A stretch of DNA of 64,000 bases from Flectonema sp. DT1601 (lineage: Eukaryota), in NCBI GenBank assembly GCA_964019425.1, contig OZ025789.1, forward strand, positions 1,240,001 to 1,304,000, read 5' to 3'. Of the stretch, positions 1 through 11,997 are shown piece by piece (positions within the stretch are counted from its first letter, which is position 1; every line of letters starts with the position of its first letter). Both the position numbers and the translations under genes were made by a program. The notes below the pieces were generated by a model. It saw only the letters and a list, made by a program, of their open reading frames with translations, searched no databases and was not told the origin of the DNA.

Positions 1-2
1 AG

Positions 3-2321
3 ACAGGTCGCAGTGTTACTCCTGAATACGAACATGATATTGAAAAGAAATCTGATGGTGTTAACAATGACCAATCATCTGATAGTGATGAATCTGTACA
101 GGGGACTGCCAAACCAGTAGGTTGTTCATTTGTGTTGCCTGTTTCGGGAAAACGTAAACCGAGCCGTCTTCGACGGCAATCGTCAATATTCCCGCAGTGT
201 AATGTCGCTGTTGAAAAATTACCGAAACCAGGAGGACCCGCAGTTCTAAGGGTCAGAAAATCATTTATTGCAACCAACGACGATTCTGTTCCGTCGCTTA
301 TTAATAAAGTAGTTTCACGACCTCCATCTATACCTGGTTTGAATCACGCGGTAGGAACCCTCTTGAGTAGCATTAACATCACAGATACTGTAGTTGAAGA
401 TTGCCGTATGGCGATTGGTTCGAAAACGTTGGTCACGACCAGAACATTACATCAAATCCAGAGAGAAGTTTCAAAATTAAAAATTAAAAATCTGGATGTC
501 TCACCTGCGGAACCTCCACGGCAATCACTAAAAACAATAACCCAACAACGACAATCAATGATGCCAAGTAGTCCACAGAAAGGATGGACGTCTTCTGCTT
601 TACTCCCAGGATGTTTTTTTATTGTAGCCAGCAGATTATCAAAAAAACAGCGAGCTAAAAGACAATTAGATCGGGTTAAGGAACAGCTTCGCACTCAACG
701 AGATCCAAGTGAAATCATTCCATTGAAAAAACATGCTACTCGCGAAGATCACAGGAGAGAGGTTGCGAGTCGTAGGGATAAAGCATTAACACAACGACAT
801 GAGAATATAATTCAAACAAAAAAGAAGAAAGCCAGAGACTCAGAGATACAACGTATAGAAATGGAACAAGCTGAGCAAGACCTAAGCCGAGCTCTTCAAC
901 TATCTGAATTTATTGCACTCCATCTTATGGCTACAACTTGCAACACTATTATGAAGGAATACCATGCTCGTAAGATTAGAAATAGTTATCTACGAGCTGT
1001 TCAAAGTATGTGCTACACAGTCATCCCTGCATGGAGGAAATACCGTCTAAGGAAAAGACGACAAGCAATGCACGGACTTCTAGTTCTTTCATTCTTGTGT
1101 GTTAAGTGGAGGAGAGCGTTTCTCATTAAGAGAGTTGAGCTTGTAAGGAAATTCTTGTTTTCTTATCGCAATGATAAGCTGTTGGCAATTCAACGATTCT
1201 ACACTCTGGCGAGAAAGGCACAGAATATGCTCCTTCGATTCGTAAGAGTTCGAAGAAGTCAATTATATCTTTTGAGAACTATTATTGACATCGTTGAGGG
1301 ATGGCATTTATTATCATCAAGTCGATACTACGAAGGGTTGGGTGCTGGGCCGGAGGCGAAAGCCCTTGCTGCGGCAAACTTATTCAAAAGAGGGTGTCGG
1401 AGATTTGAAGAAAATATTCCCAGGATCTATAAACTAGTCTCAGCTTCAGAACCACCTCTAACAGTTCGTAGTCGTGTTAAGGTTGGCTTTAAATCTAGAG
1501 ACTCTAAGTCTCCGTTTGCTCAAACAGCGATTGAGTGTCGACAGAGGTACCTTCGAAAGGTTGTTCAAAATTATGTTTATATTACTTTCTGTCGGAAGAG
1601 ATGTTTAAGAAATATCAGTTTGGCTTCTGTTCAGCCAATCACACCAACAGTTACCTTCGGTGGCAGCAGTCCTTCAAAGGGGAAGAGTTCAGCGATATCA
1701 TTTTCTCCAGCACCACCTCAAAGTGCTCTTCGTAAGTCTACTGGAAGGAATTTTTCATTAGTTTGTGGAGTTAGAAGTCGTTCGATATCACCGATTCCAA
1801 CACCAAGAAAGACACGACAGCAATCAGTCGGTGACTGTGTTAATAAGAAACGATTATCTTCTGTTAATTGTGAGAAAATTATTTATAAATCAAAGAAATC
1901 AACTGAGACCACATCAATCTTATCACAAAGTATCATATCTCGTTATCATAAAATAAAACGTCGTAAGCAAGATGATATTAATTTAATCTCAAGTGCCATC
2001 AAAGCAAACAGAAATGATCCTTTACCTGGTGTTTTGCAGCCTCTTCGACTATCTGTCTTTGCAAAACAAAAAATTGCCAAACGAGTCCTATCAATTCTGG
2101 TTCAACAATCACGTGATTCTTACGTTAGAAGCAAAGTAGCTTACTCACTCGGACTTAAACTAAAATGTTTTAATTTGGATACTGCTGTTTGCCCTCCTCA
2201 GATGGAAAGAACTCGACTTCTTTGTCCTTCCGTAGCCAACTTAATTTCGGATTCCGTTAAAAAAGAGCTTGAGAAGGCAGCGTTATCAAGAAAAGTAACC
2301 GGCATCTTCGCTAAAAAATAA
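3..2321 (+). CDS. Hypothetical basic/coiled-coil protein, 5'-truncated by the window edge
   Basis: Frame is open from position 3 through the 729-aa ORF to TAA at 2321; no recognisable family. Confidence 0.7.
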   Translation, partial: TGRSVTPEYEHDIEKKSDGVNNDQSSDSDESVQGTAKPVGCSFVLPVSGKRKPSRLRRQSSIFPQCNVAVEKLPKPGGPAVLRVRKSFIATNDDSVPSLINKVVSRPPSIPGLNHAVGTLLSSINITDTVVEDCRMAIGSKTLVTTRTLHQIQREVSKLKIKNLDVSPAEPPRQSLKTITQQRQSMMPSSPQKGWTSSALLPGCFFIVASRLSKKQRAKRQLDRVKEQLRTQRDPSEIIPLKKHATREDHRREVASRRDKALTQRHENIIQTKKKKARDSEIQRIEMEQAEQDLSRALQLSEFIALHLMATTCNTIMKEYHARKIRNSYLRAVQSMCYTVIPAWRKYRLRKRRQAMHGLLVLSFLCVKWRRAFLIKRVELVRKFLFSYRNDKLLAIQRFYTLARKAQNMLLRFVRVRRSQLYLLRTIIDIVEGWHLLSSSRYYEGLGAGPEAKALAAANLFKRGCRRFEENIPRIYKLVSASEPPLTVRSRVKVGFKSRDSKSPFAQTAIECRQRYLRKVVQNYVYITFCRKRCLRNISLASVQPITPTVTFGGSSPSKGKSSAISFSPAPPQSALRKSTGRNFSLVCGVRSRSISPIPTPRKTRQQSVGDCVNKKRLSSVNCEKIIYKSKKSTETTSILSQSIISRYHKIKRRKQDDINLISSAIKANRNDPLPGVLQPLRLSVFAKQKIAKRVLSILVQQSRDSYVRSKVAYSLGLKLKCFNLDTAVCPPQMERTRLLCPSVANLISDSVKKELEKAALSRKVTGIFAKK

Positions 2322-2471
2322 AAAAAATTGATTACTAATTTTAGACAACATAATATTTTGCGAATATTTCGGTCTTCTGACCGGGATGATTTTTTTAATT
2401 TTTCACGAGTTGGAAAGGAGCTGGTTTTATTTCGTTTTGTTATTTCCCCAACAGCTCTCTCATCAAATCAG

Positions 2472-3750
2472 ATGGAGGAGTCGGATGATGCGGCGTACTT
2501 GAAAGATCTCAACCTGCATCATACGCTAGACTTCTTGATTCGGAGAGTATTACAATACCGACCAGCAACACGTAAAGGTGTCTGTCTGGTACTTCGTGAT
2601 TCTGTAGACGAAATCCTATCAGAAGAGGATGATAATAAAATGAATTCATCGAAATATTTAAACAACGACGAACCCAATACTGGTCGTAGAGTTAGCATTC
2701 CATCCCGAAGAGAATCAGTTCATTTTTTAACACCCGTTGATAATTCTATTGACGTAGGTACTGTTTCACCCGCTACAGCAAACCGCATTGCCGCTGTTGA
2801 TGAAGCGTTAGCGAGTCTTAGACAGCATTTGGTGTGTTTTTTTTCTTCCATTCCTTCTTTTATACTTAATACTCTACACTAAACAACTAACTAAACAGTT
2901 GGGGATAGAAGTTGATATTAATTCAGGTATATATGACTGGTATTGCATTCAATCGGGACTTGTTACTGAAAAAGCCATGGAACAGTCATCAAGCATCATT
3001 GGAAATAGTGGTCACGGAAATGAGGTCTCCGCTGCGTCAGTTGCTGAAGGTGTTATTCAGACCGCGATAATCTTGAGTGAAACTTTAAAAGAAACGATTT
3101 CTTCGAAGGGATCTCAGTGTAAAAGTGAAAGCAAAGTTGTTTTATCAGTTGCTGTTGGTGAGACAATTGGTTTTAAGGAAATCGCAACACAAATTTTATC
3201 GAATTCGAATCAATACACAGATTGCTCCTTCTTCACGATAAGAGGAACACCAACACACGTGAGAACAACAAGAGATTCATTCAGAGAACGAGTCTTGAAT
3301 GAATGTGTGTTACTAACAACTGATATTGGTGTGTTGTCAAATACGTCGTCGTTATCACCGTCACAAAGTCAAAAAGAATTTGAAGTTTGTGTCTCTCTAA
3401 TTGGATGCCAGAGATTAAACGATGGTGAAGTTAGTACTCATCGTTGTCATTGTTTTGAAATAATAACATCATTTGGTCAGGTTGCTAATATTAATTCTCA
3501 ACCTGATCACTTGCACTTATGTTCTGCTGGTACTGTAGTGAGAGTGGATAACATATCAGAAGCAGTTTATCATTTTAAAGTTACGATGGTTAGGGTCGTT
3601 GAGTACATCATTCATAAAATTATTCATCAGGAATTTCATGAAACAACCGCAAGAAAGACTTCTGAAGTTGGTCTTAATTGGCCTCAGAGAAATAACGAAC
3701 AACCTTCTCAGAAGGAGTCTTTAAGCAACACCGAACGAATCAATGTATAA
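2472..3750 (+). CDS. Hypothetical protein, 2 exons (2472-2831, 2899-3750)
   Basis: Phase-0 intron 2832-2898 (GTGTGT...CTAACTAAACAG) joins two ORFs in frame; ATG lies just after a pyrimidine-rich AG at about 2454. The N-terminus (YLKDLNLHHTLDFLIRRVLQYRP) resembles a RIIa/Dpy-30-type docking motif. Confidence 0.7.
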
Positions 3751-4122
3751 GAGAGAAAGAGATAGTTGTTTTTATTTGACTTGTTTGGATATTTCTTTTT
3801 ATGCAATATATGTTTTTACACCATCCTCACGATATCATGCTATCTGTTTTATATTATTATTATTATTATTTTTTATTTATATATTTAATTGTCCTGTGGC
3901 TTCTGCGCAGCGTGCAGTTACTTTATGAAAATTTTTTGAATTTCGGTTTAGCATGAAGTTTTTATTTAATTTATTTTATGTATTATTTTCTTTTCCCCCC
4001 TCAACATTAAAAAAATAATTACAGATGATCAGAGAAAGTATAGTGTATTGTATTTCTCACACTTACAGTCTAAATTATGTTTTTTTATTTATTACCAAAA
4101 AGTCTGACATCACCAATGCTAC

Positions 4123-7100
4123 ATGACTGTTGTAACTAATCGACAGGAATCTACTGATGGGGTGTCATGTAAAACTGTTTCGGGTGCGTCGTCATTTAAT
4201 CTCGACAACAAGACTGGAAAATGGCATGACGACTTTATCGATTTTTTAAACGGGGATTCAGCAAATAATAAATTTGGTGATCGACCACGAGTCAACTTAG
4301 AAGTACTCGGTGCTATTCCACTTAGATTATATTTCATTGTTGGTCTGACGTTAACCATTGCATATGGTGTTATGGAAACATATCCTGGATCATATAAGTG
4401 GGGTTGTCGAGATGAGTGTGGTCGGTCTTGTAATCCTGATACTGCTGAAATATCGAACCCTCTAACTCCTGTGTCGGAATCAAATTGTAGTTATTCAGCC
4501 ACAGGACATGTTTTTGAATGGACTGGGTTTGTTGATGTCGAATCATACAGTTATGATGTTCTACTGGCTCTCGGACTTGATTCCATGAGTGATTCAGACG
4601 GTGGAGATGAATATTATAATTTTCAAACTCTAACGGAAATCTCATACTACGACAACACACAATACACTGAAACTTATAAAAGAAACTTTGAGTTAGAATG
4701 TCATGGTACTGATTGTGCTTGGGTTTTAGTTAGAGGAATTCCTGTCGGATCCAGAACAGGAAGATGGTATTTTCACATCATCATTTCACCTACAGATTGG
4801 AATGTTACTAAACTACAAAATCACGAACTCTATCCGCGAGTAGTGGCTTTACATCAAAAACCAGCATACACTCAGGCTGAAGCAGCTCTTAGAATTATTC
4901 TCATTTTCTTCGTGCTGCATCAGTTGCCGTACTTCTTATGGAAAAACTTTGGTCGATCTTCTATGTTTTCAGCGTGGTTGACAGAGCAGATATGGGTGGC
5001 TTTTGGTTTATTATTTCTACTTTGCTATCTAAATCCGATGTTCTTGCCGGCTATCCTCCACAGAGAGGAAACTGGAGCCACTGGTGTCGCCTATCGAGTT
5101 TTCGAAGTATTCTTTTCAAAAGTTTACTATGCGTACTTAATGGCTATATTATCACTGATTCCTGTTCATATCGCATTACAAGATGAACGTCGTATGTGGG
5201 TGTTGTTGGGGACTCAAGGGTTCTTTGTTCCTTCTGCACTAGTTATATTATTACTGACTGCTTTCATCATATTGAGCTGCCTTTCATTTGCTGATCGATA
5301 TGATGATGTGACATACAATGGAGCAATGGATAGAAACGATAAATATGGATTAGCTACTTTAGAAGTCATTCTAACCTGGACTTGGATAGCTGTCATTGTT
5401 TTGTCGCTTATCGTTTGCAGATATAGACTAAAGAAAGCGGTGTATACAAAATCAAGATTGAGAGTACTAAGTTTCAGAGCATATTTACTGTTCCCTGTTC
5501 CATGTATTACTGCTGCTGTTTGTGTTCGTATCTACCGATACTACAATCCGACCCCCTTGATTAATGTTATTGCTAATGCGTCTGAGGGGATACCTTCGAT
5601 TCTGATTTCTTCAATATTTATGTTGTTTTTAAGTTATTTGTATGTACCAACGTATTCTCCAAGGATGTTTTCACCTCCTCCACCACATCAACAAGCCTGG
5701 ATCCATTGGTCGTGGAGTGAAGATTGGCAACTCTGGTGGAGACAATACGGAAAGTCGATGTACTTTTTTACTTTAGAAGAGGAAGTTAAAATTTTTGAAG
5801 ACAAACAAACGGAACAAGTAAAACAATCGAGTCGAGACTACATAGAAACATTGTTTGAAAAACATCACACGCAGGCTCCTACTTACCCTTCAATGGATAG
5901 TCCGAAACATGCAATCGTTAGGTTTAGAGATTTAATGAAAAAAGGAGAGAGAGTCTCCTCAAAAGACAGAGATCCTAATATTACTCAAACAGTTTTATTA
6001 AGTGAATTATTTCAAAAGAACGACAGAAGAACATTTAAATTTTCGTTCCTAAAGAACTCAGCACCAAACGAGCAGCTACTACTATCACGAAGTAAGCGAC
6101 TTGATCCAGCAGCTCTCTCTGATCTATCAGTATCGAAGGGGAGTGAAGGTGATATGGGAGATGCCGGTTCTTCAGTTTCGGTTATAAAACAACAATCAAA
6201 TGCAAATATAAGTAACGTTGCTCTTGGTGTTCACGGCGTTGATGTTTTCAGATCGATGGGTGATATTCGAGATATCCCAATTGTCTCACCAGCTGATGTA
6301 GAACTTCGAATCCCTGAAGTACTTCCTGAAAACCCGGTGTGGAAAGTCGCTCGTGCAATGAGAAAACGAACATCCGTATTCCCTGAAAAAATCCGAGGCG
6401 TTCTTTTCAACGAAGACACTACTTCCAGAGCTGATGCTGCTAGTAGTGCAGCTACTTCAAACTCATCTACTGCTCCAAAGAGACAATTGACTGCTGGAGA
6501 CATGCATATCTTCTGTTGGGAATCAGCAGTAGAATGTGTCAACGCATCCTGGCTCGCATATCTCGATGACGAAGTTCCCGAAAAGAGAAAGGCAAAGAAC
6601 GATCTCCTCCGAGAAGAAAAGAAAACAGCTCTTCCTGTTCCAACGGAAGCCCCTTTCACATCCAGCAACTATTTAAAAACTGAAAAAACAAAGACCTCCT
6701 ACATCACCTGGTACGCTGATTACGGTAAAGTCCTACAGGAGTACAGAGATCCAGGAGGTGATGACCCAAATGAAATAACAATAAAACATGAGAGATGTGA
6801 TCTTTACATCAAAGGAATACGAGAGATGCAGAACTCATCAATGGGGGAGTTCAGATGGTCAGAAGTCTTTAGAAAAGGAGGCGGAACAGAAGACGTCCTA
6901 CTGGACCCTGACAATGGAAAGATTCTATCTCAAAGAACTACACAAGATTGGAGTGGTTTATGGGCCATGGATTTAGAAGTTCATATCCGATGGGTTCAAA
7001 CTATGTTATTTCTTGATAGCTCAACTCCAGATGAATTAACTTGGAAGGAACTAACCCATCAATTAAAACAACATCTACATGCTGTCCCAAGTACACTAAT

Positions 7101-8805
7101 CTTAGATTCAACATGGGGTGAACGTGATGTGATTGATGACGATGAATATGAATTAAGAAGAGCATTCATAAGAGGTCAGGTATGGGTGATGTGTAACCTT
7201 CCTCATCACTTGGATTATATTGAGGACGATGATAACACTGCGGATCAGAAGTCTGATTCATCTGAAACAGCTTTATCACCAAATGCTTCAATTTATAGAA
7301 AAGAAAGCATCTGTGAAAGTACAATGGAATCAGAAGATGTGATAACTGACGTATCGACTATGGATGAATCAATGCAACATTTCATTAACACTTTATACAA
7401 TCGTTGTGATAATTCTGGTTCTGTTCATGTTTCCAGTAGTAGTGACATAACACCTCCCGGAAGAGTTGCTTTTCAGATTAATAAACTCGTCTCATGGGCG
7501 CACGAACACCTGCGATGTACAACTGGTACTTTTATTTCTGCTGTTAGACTGTTAGTACTTCAGGGTGTTGTTGAGCAGCAAGTATCATGTACTGTGTCTT
7601 GTGATGGACAGTTATATTACTTTTCAAAGAAGTTTATTCCGACTGAAGTAACTCCTAGAAAATGGACGATGTTTGAGTTAAGAAAAGTAATTGAGTTTAC
7701 TTATCCATCAAAACCACCACTAACACAACCAACATACGAAGATGACACGGTACCTATTCACGCTGAGTTGTATGGTTATCGATTAGAGGCAACTGTTAAA
7801 GCAGATGAATTAAATTTAAAAGCAATCATCCTATCTTGTCCTAGTAAGGTAATTTTATCATTTCGTGGAACTGATAATAATGAAAATGTTTGGTTAGATT
7901 TTAAACTTTGGCAGGGAAATGTTGACAGCAAGAACTCTTGGGATGCCTTCATGGCTGCAGTAACAAAACGTGCCAGACGACTGCGAACAGGAGCATGTGG
8001 TTGCCAACGAACTAACAATGAACGTGTCTTTGGTTCCAACGGTTCTGTCGCAAGATGTTTATTGTCGTGCAAGAGAACTGTAACATGCTCAGCTGAACAA
8101 ATAAAATGCCATCAAGGATTTATTGAAGCGTGGGCTGCATTGGAAGATTCAATTTTCCAAGTCCTTTCAACGATATCACCACAAACAGACCCGAGAGCTT
8201 TATTCTTTACTGGCCATTCTTTAGGAGGTGCTATTGCACAGCTTGCTGCTATCAATATTGTTACTAAGCTTTATAAGAATCCGAGAACAGTGAGAGTGTA
8301 TAGTCTTTCATCACCTAGAGTTGGGAATATTAACTTCAGTGCGACATACAACTATCACGTTCCTCATTCATTTCGATTGGTAGTTGATGGTGACCCAGTG
8401 ACAAACGTTCCATTCGCAATTAGTGGATACCACCATGCTGGAACTGAAGTACATTTAGGACGAAGTGAAACAACACCAAGTTGGGTTATTGCTCCTCATT
8501 GGTTAGATAAAGGAGCATTTCCTTATCCAAGAACGACTTCACATCTCATGTATGATATTAGTCGTGCGGTAAATATGATTCTTAAACACATAGACTGGAA
8601 TTTTCTCAGATTTAACTCAGCGTTGTCTCCTCCGAAACCTATTAATGCAACATCTGAGTGCTATTCTTTTCCGTGGTTTAGATCTTCGGAGCCTCATCGC
8701 GTGATTGACGTAGTAGGTGACGACTGCTGTGAATCAGACCATTGTCCTGACAGGGATTCGGAGAGCGATTGCGATCCTGATATGTTGTTCTCACCACTAA
8801 AGTAG
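4123..8805 (+). CDS. Multi-pass membrane protein with TMEM181/Wntless-like N-terminal half and C-terminal class-3 lipase domain
   Basis: 1560-aa ORF with about 8 hydrophobic helices including WLTEQIWV...LLCYLNPMF; lipase motifs SFRGT, HQGF, FTGHSLGGAIA, SPRVGN, DPVTNVP, YHHAG. Confidence 0.85.
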   Translation: MTVVTNRQESTDGVSCKTVSGASSFNLDNKTGKWHDDFIDFLNGDSANNKFGDRPRVNLEVLGAIPLRLYFIVGLTLTIAYGVMETYPGSYKWGCRDECGRSCNPDTAEISNPLTPVSESNCSYSATGHVFEWTGFVDVESYSYDVLLALGLDSMSDSDGGDEYYNFQTLTEISYYDNTQYTETYKRNFELECHGTDCAWVLVRGIPVGSRTGRWYFHIIISPTDWNVTKLQNHELYPRVVALHQKPAYTQAEAALRIILIFFVLHQLPYFLWKNFGRSSMFSAWLTEQIWVAFGLLFLLCYLNPMFLPAILHREETGATGVAYRVFEVFFSKVYYAYLMAILSLIPVHIALQDERRMWVLLGTQGFFVPSALVILLLTAFIILSCLSFADRYDDVTYNGAMDRNDKYGLATLEVILTWTWIAVIVLSLIVCRYRLKKAVYTKSRLRVLSFRAYLLFPVPCITAAVCVRIYRYYNPTPLINVIANASEGIPSILISSIFMLFLSYLYVPTYSPRMFSPPPPHQQAWIHWSWSEDWQLWWRQYGKSMYFFTLEEEVKIFEDKQTEQVKQSSRDYIETLFEKHHTQAPTYPSMDSPKHAIVRFRDLMKKGERVSSKDRDPNITQTVLLSELFQKNDRRTFKFSFLKNSAPNEQLLLSRSKRLDPAALSDLSVSKGSEGDMGDAGSSVSVIKQQSNANISNVALGVHGVDVFRSMGDIRDIPIVSPADVELRIPEVLPENPVWKVARAMRKRTSVFPEKIRGVLFNEDTTSRADAASSAATSNSSTAPKRQLTAGDMHIFCWESAVECVNASWLAYLDDEVPEKRKAKNDLLREEKKTALPVPTEAPFTSSNYLKTEKTKTSYITWYADYGKVLQEYRDPGGDDPNEITIKHERCDLYIKGIREMQNSSMGEFRWSEVFRKGGGTEDVLLDPDNGKILSQRTTQDWSGLWAMDLEVHIRWVQTMLFLDSSTPDELTWKELTHQLKQHLHAVPSTLILDSTWGERDVIDDDEYELRRAFIRGQVWVMCNLPHHLDYIEDDDNTADQKSDSSETALSPNASIYRKESICESTMESEDVITDVSTMDESMQHFINTLYNRCDNSGSVHVSSSSDITPPGRVAFQINKLVSWAHEHLRCTTGTFISAVRLLVLQGVVEQQVSCTVSCDGQLYYFSKKFIPTEVTPRKWTMFELRKVIEFTYPSKPPLTQPTYEDDTVPIHAELYGYRLEATVKADELNLKAIILSCPSKVILSFRGTDNNENVWLDFKLWQGNVDSKNSWDAFMAAVTKRARRLRTGACGCQRTNNERVFGSNGSVARCLLSCKRTVTCSAEQIKCHQGFIEAWAALEDSIFQVLSTISPQTDPRALFFTGHSLGGAIAQLAAINIVTKLYKNPRTVRVYSLSSPRVGNINFSATYNYHVPHSFRLVVDGDPVTNVPFAISGYHHAGTEVHLGRSETTPSWVIAPHWLDKGAFPYPRTTSHLMYDISRAVNMILKHIDWNFLRFNSALSPPKPINATSECYSFPWFRSSEPHRVIDVVGDDCCESDHCPDRDSESDCDPDMLFSPLK

Positions 8806-8881
8806 CTTTAGCATAGTTTTCTTTTTTGTACCTACAAAACCCATTGTTCGGGTAGAAAGAGAATTGTGGCAAGCGTAAACT

Positions 8882-8980
8882 AACCTATTCCTTTATTAGG
8901 ATTTTCTACCGGTTTGCGCACAAACAAAATAAAAGTGTGAGTGAGTAATGTAAAAAAGTGAAGTTTGCCGATTCTTTTTT
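8882..8980. repeat. Dispersed repeat family 2, copy 1 (copy 2 at 27181-27278)
   Basis: Shared TATTCCTTT(A/G)TTAGG...TTGCGCACAAACAAAA(A)TAAAAGTGTGAGT...AAAGTGAAG...TTTG. Confidence 0.75.
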
Positions 8981-10226
8981 GTGTTATCGCCAAGGCGAGT
9001 GTCAATTCGAGCCTCTCGTGTTGTTGATATAAATAATTTATTACAAATTTAAATAAAAGAAAAAAAATTCCGAAGTCTTTACCTGACTGCAATGCACTTC
9101 ATTATCTATTTATGTTTTGTTTTTTTTTTTCTTTTTCTATTTTGTCAAACGGAAGGAACTGGATACTTTAAAAAAAAAAAAAAAAAAAAGGTCTAATCTT
9201 CTTTGTGGTGTGTGTAGGGTAAGTTTTTTTTGTATCAAAAAAAAAAAACGATGTAGGAATATCAATTTTGTTTAATACTATTCAAGGAATTTAAGTTTTA
9301 ATGTGTCAACATATATCTGTTTCTTACCCCATTTGTGATTGCCCAATAGTCGCTCATGAGCCGGCTGCCCTTCTTCGTCTTTTCATTCAATTTTTTTTGT
9401 CCGTTGTAGTTTTCTTTTTTGAGATTTAGAAAATTAAAAAAAGAACTAACGGCTGTTAACTCATTTTAAAAAAAAAAAAAAAAAAAGGGTCGATTTGTAT
9501 TTCCTCTACGAAATGACGGAAATGTCTTCGGATTGGTGTTTTTAATGTGTGATTGAAAAAGTCAATTATTTTTTATTTTATTGTTCGTTCGAGGATGCGT
9601 GTTTGACTGAGTGGAAAGCCACTTCCAGATACAACTACTACCAGGGGTAGTCCTGTTACCTATTTGTGACTCTTAATCTCCATTACCTCTCCTTTTTATT
9701 TTTATTTTTATTTTTTAAACGCGCAACAACTTTACGATACGTTGCTGAAAATCGAATATAGGTAGCACGGCATGAACCACTCTTATAGGTTACACGCGTC
9801 ACTGTCTTTTGCGATGATTACTTTCCTTGCGTTACTTTACTTTAATAAGACTGAAGTTAAAAGTAACAACCATTTATCAATAATAATAAAGGGGAATTTC
9901 TCAACTGTTTCCCGTCGGCATCTTCTTACCCGTTTTTTTTTTCCTAATTTTTTTTCTTCCATTGTTGATTACTATGACTTTGCAGTAGGTCTTAGGTCTG
10001 AGTCTCTTCTGGGATGGGCTTGCCTGCTGACTGAGAGTTCTCTTATTAATTGGGTTGTTTCTCTTATAGAATATGTGTAGTTGATGAAAAGTAGTGTTTT
10101 TTTTTTTTTTTTTTTTTTCTTTTTTTTTTTCTTAAACAAAGTTATTGTTTACTGAATATTTTCAGATAGAAATGCGAAATCGAATTTGATAATTTCTTTT
10201 TATCTGAACCGAATAGCAGTCACAAC

Positions 10227-10460
10227 CCCCCCAGCAAAACTTCGATGAAATGTCCTCTTGTCGCTAACCAGTAGTAGTTTGTTAGGCAGAATCTCTTTGA
10301 TTAACAACTACAAATATTTTTCAGTCAAGTACTTTGATATTAATTTTGTTTTTAATACCCTAAAGTTGTTACTGTTTTTACATTTTCAAAGTTTCACCCC
10401 CAGCAAGACTTCGATAGAATGTCCTCTTGTTGCTAACCAGTAGTAGTTGTTAGGCAGAAT
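10227..10460. repeat. About 64-bp direct repeats (10227-10291, 10397-10460) flanking dispersed repeat family 1 (10292-10400)
   Basis: CCCCCAGCAA(A/G)ACTTCGAT..AATGTCCTCTTGT(C/T)GCTAACCAGTAGTAGTT(T)GTTAGGCAGAAT occurs twice; the middle segment recurs at about 23640-23722 and 26947-27040. Confidence 0.8.
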
Positions 10461-10509
10461 TCATCGCCTTTTTTAGTCTAATATGAAGGTGCTTATCAAA
10501 AAACAAAAC

Positions 10510-10545
<36 letters not shown>

Positions 10546-10668
10546 AATATCTTTCGTCATTCTTCTTTACGTTGATCGAAATTAAAAACGTCTTTATCAT
10601 TGTCGACTTAAGACTTGGTGAATACACGATTCTGTATAATAAAATGCGTTTCCGATTCGCGATTTGTA

Positions 10669-10699
<31 letters not shown>

Positions 10700-10852
10700 G
10701 TTATTTCAGTCAATCCAACCATTCCGTTAATTTGATTTTTTTTTTTTTTTTTTTGGTTGTGAGGCATCAAGAAGTCTTCAGAATTAAATACAAACTCTTT
10801 TCACAGATATAAGGAAGTTGGGTTGGGGAAAAAAAAGAGGAAAAAAAAAAAA

Positions 10853-11902
10853 ATGTTTAAAGTAGATGACAATAAACCGGCACATGACAACCTGAGTATG
10901 AGCAATAGCAGTGTAGGGATGAGTAGCGGCAAGACTGCGATGAGTAGATCAGCTTTTTCTAAAATGGGTTCACTTCATTCGTCTCTCGGATCATTTAGTG
11001 GAGGAGCCTTTGCGGTTGGAGATAGATTTCATTTTGTATCAAGGATTGGTGCTGGTGCTTTTGGACAAGTTTTTCAAGGTATTGACTTGACTAACAACAG
11101 GAATGTTGCTGTTAAGATAGAAAAACGTGGATTTAACCATCCACAACTCGACACAGAAGTAAGAGTTTACAAACTACTAAACAGAGAACCCAAACCAGGA
11201 GTACCCGCAGTCTATTATCGAGGCAACGAAGGATTATTTTATATTCTGGTAATGGATTTATTAGGTCCAAATATAGAAGACTTATTGGCATTTTGTGAAC
11301 CCCGTTTCAGTTTAAAAACCCTTTTCATGTTATCTTTACAAATGCTTCAATGCATAAAGAACTTACACGACATTGGATACATTCATAGGGATATTAAACC
11401 TGAAAACTTTACAATGGGAATAGGAGGGTTAGCCAATCACGTCTATTTAGTTGACTTTGGGCTAGCACGTAAATACACTGATAATCAGGGAAAGCACATT
11501 CCATTTAAAGCAGGAAAAGGCTTTACTGGAACCGCAAGATATGCCTCAACATGTGCTCATCTGGGTCAAGAACAGAGTAGGAGAGATGACATGGAGTCTT
11601 TCTCATATGTTTTAGCTATTCTTGGTAATGGGTCTCTCCCTTGGCAAGGTGTACGAGCATCAGACAGAGTTCAGAAGAAGAGAATTATTCAACAAATGAA
11701 AATTCAAAACACTGTTACAGACATTATGGGATCGTTACCGAAGTGTTTTCATGACATAGCAACTCATATTAAAGGTTTAAAGTTTGATGAGAGACCTGAC
11801 TATGAATGGATCAAGACATCATTGCATCAGATGGCAGAGGAGCACAGCATTCAATTAGACTTCCACTTCGATTGGTTTGACCGTGCGACACCTGCAACAT
11901 AA
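10853..11902 (+). CDS. CK1: Casein kinase 1
   Basis: IGAGAFG, VAVK, MDLLGPNIEDL, IHRDIKPENF, DFGLARKY, TGTARYAS, EQSRRDDMES, LPWQG. Confidence 0.95.
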   Translation: MFKVDDNKPAHDNLSMSNSSVGMSSGKTAMSRSAFSKMGSLHSSLGSFSGGAFAVGDRFHFVSRIGAGAFGQVFQGIDLTNNRNVAVKIEKRGFNHPQLDTEVRVYKLLNREPKPGVPAVYYRGNEGLFYILVMDLLGPNIEDLLAFCEPRFSLKTLFMLSLQMLQCIKNLHDIGYIHRDIKPENFTMGIGGLANHVYLVDFGLARKYTDNQGKHIPFKAGKGFTGTARYASTCAHLGQEQSRRDDMESFSYVLAILGNGSLPWQGVRASDRVQKKRIIQQMKIQNTVTDIMGSLPKCFHDIATHIKGLKFDERPDYEWIKTSLHQMAEEHSIQLDFHFDWFDRATPAT

Positions 11903-11966
11903 ACAAATTTGAATTCTCGATTATTATGATATCTATCTACTGTTTGTTTTGAGTCGAGGCCGATTC

Positions 11967-11997
<31 letters not shown>

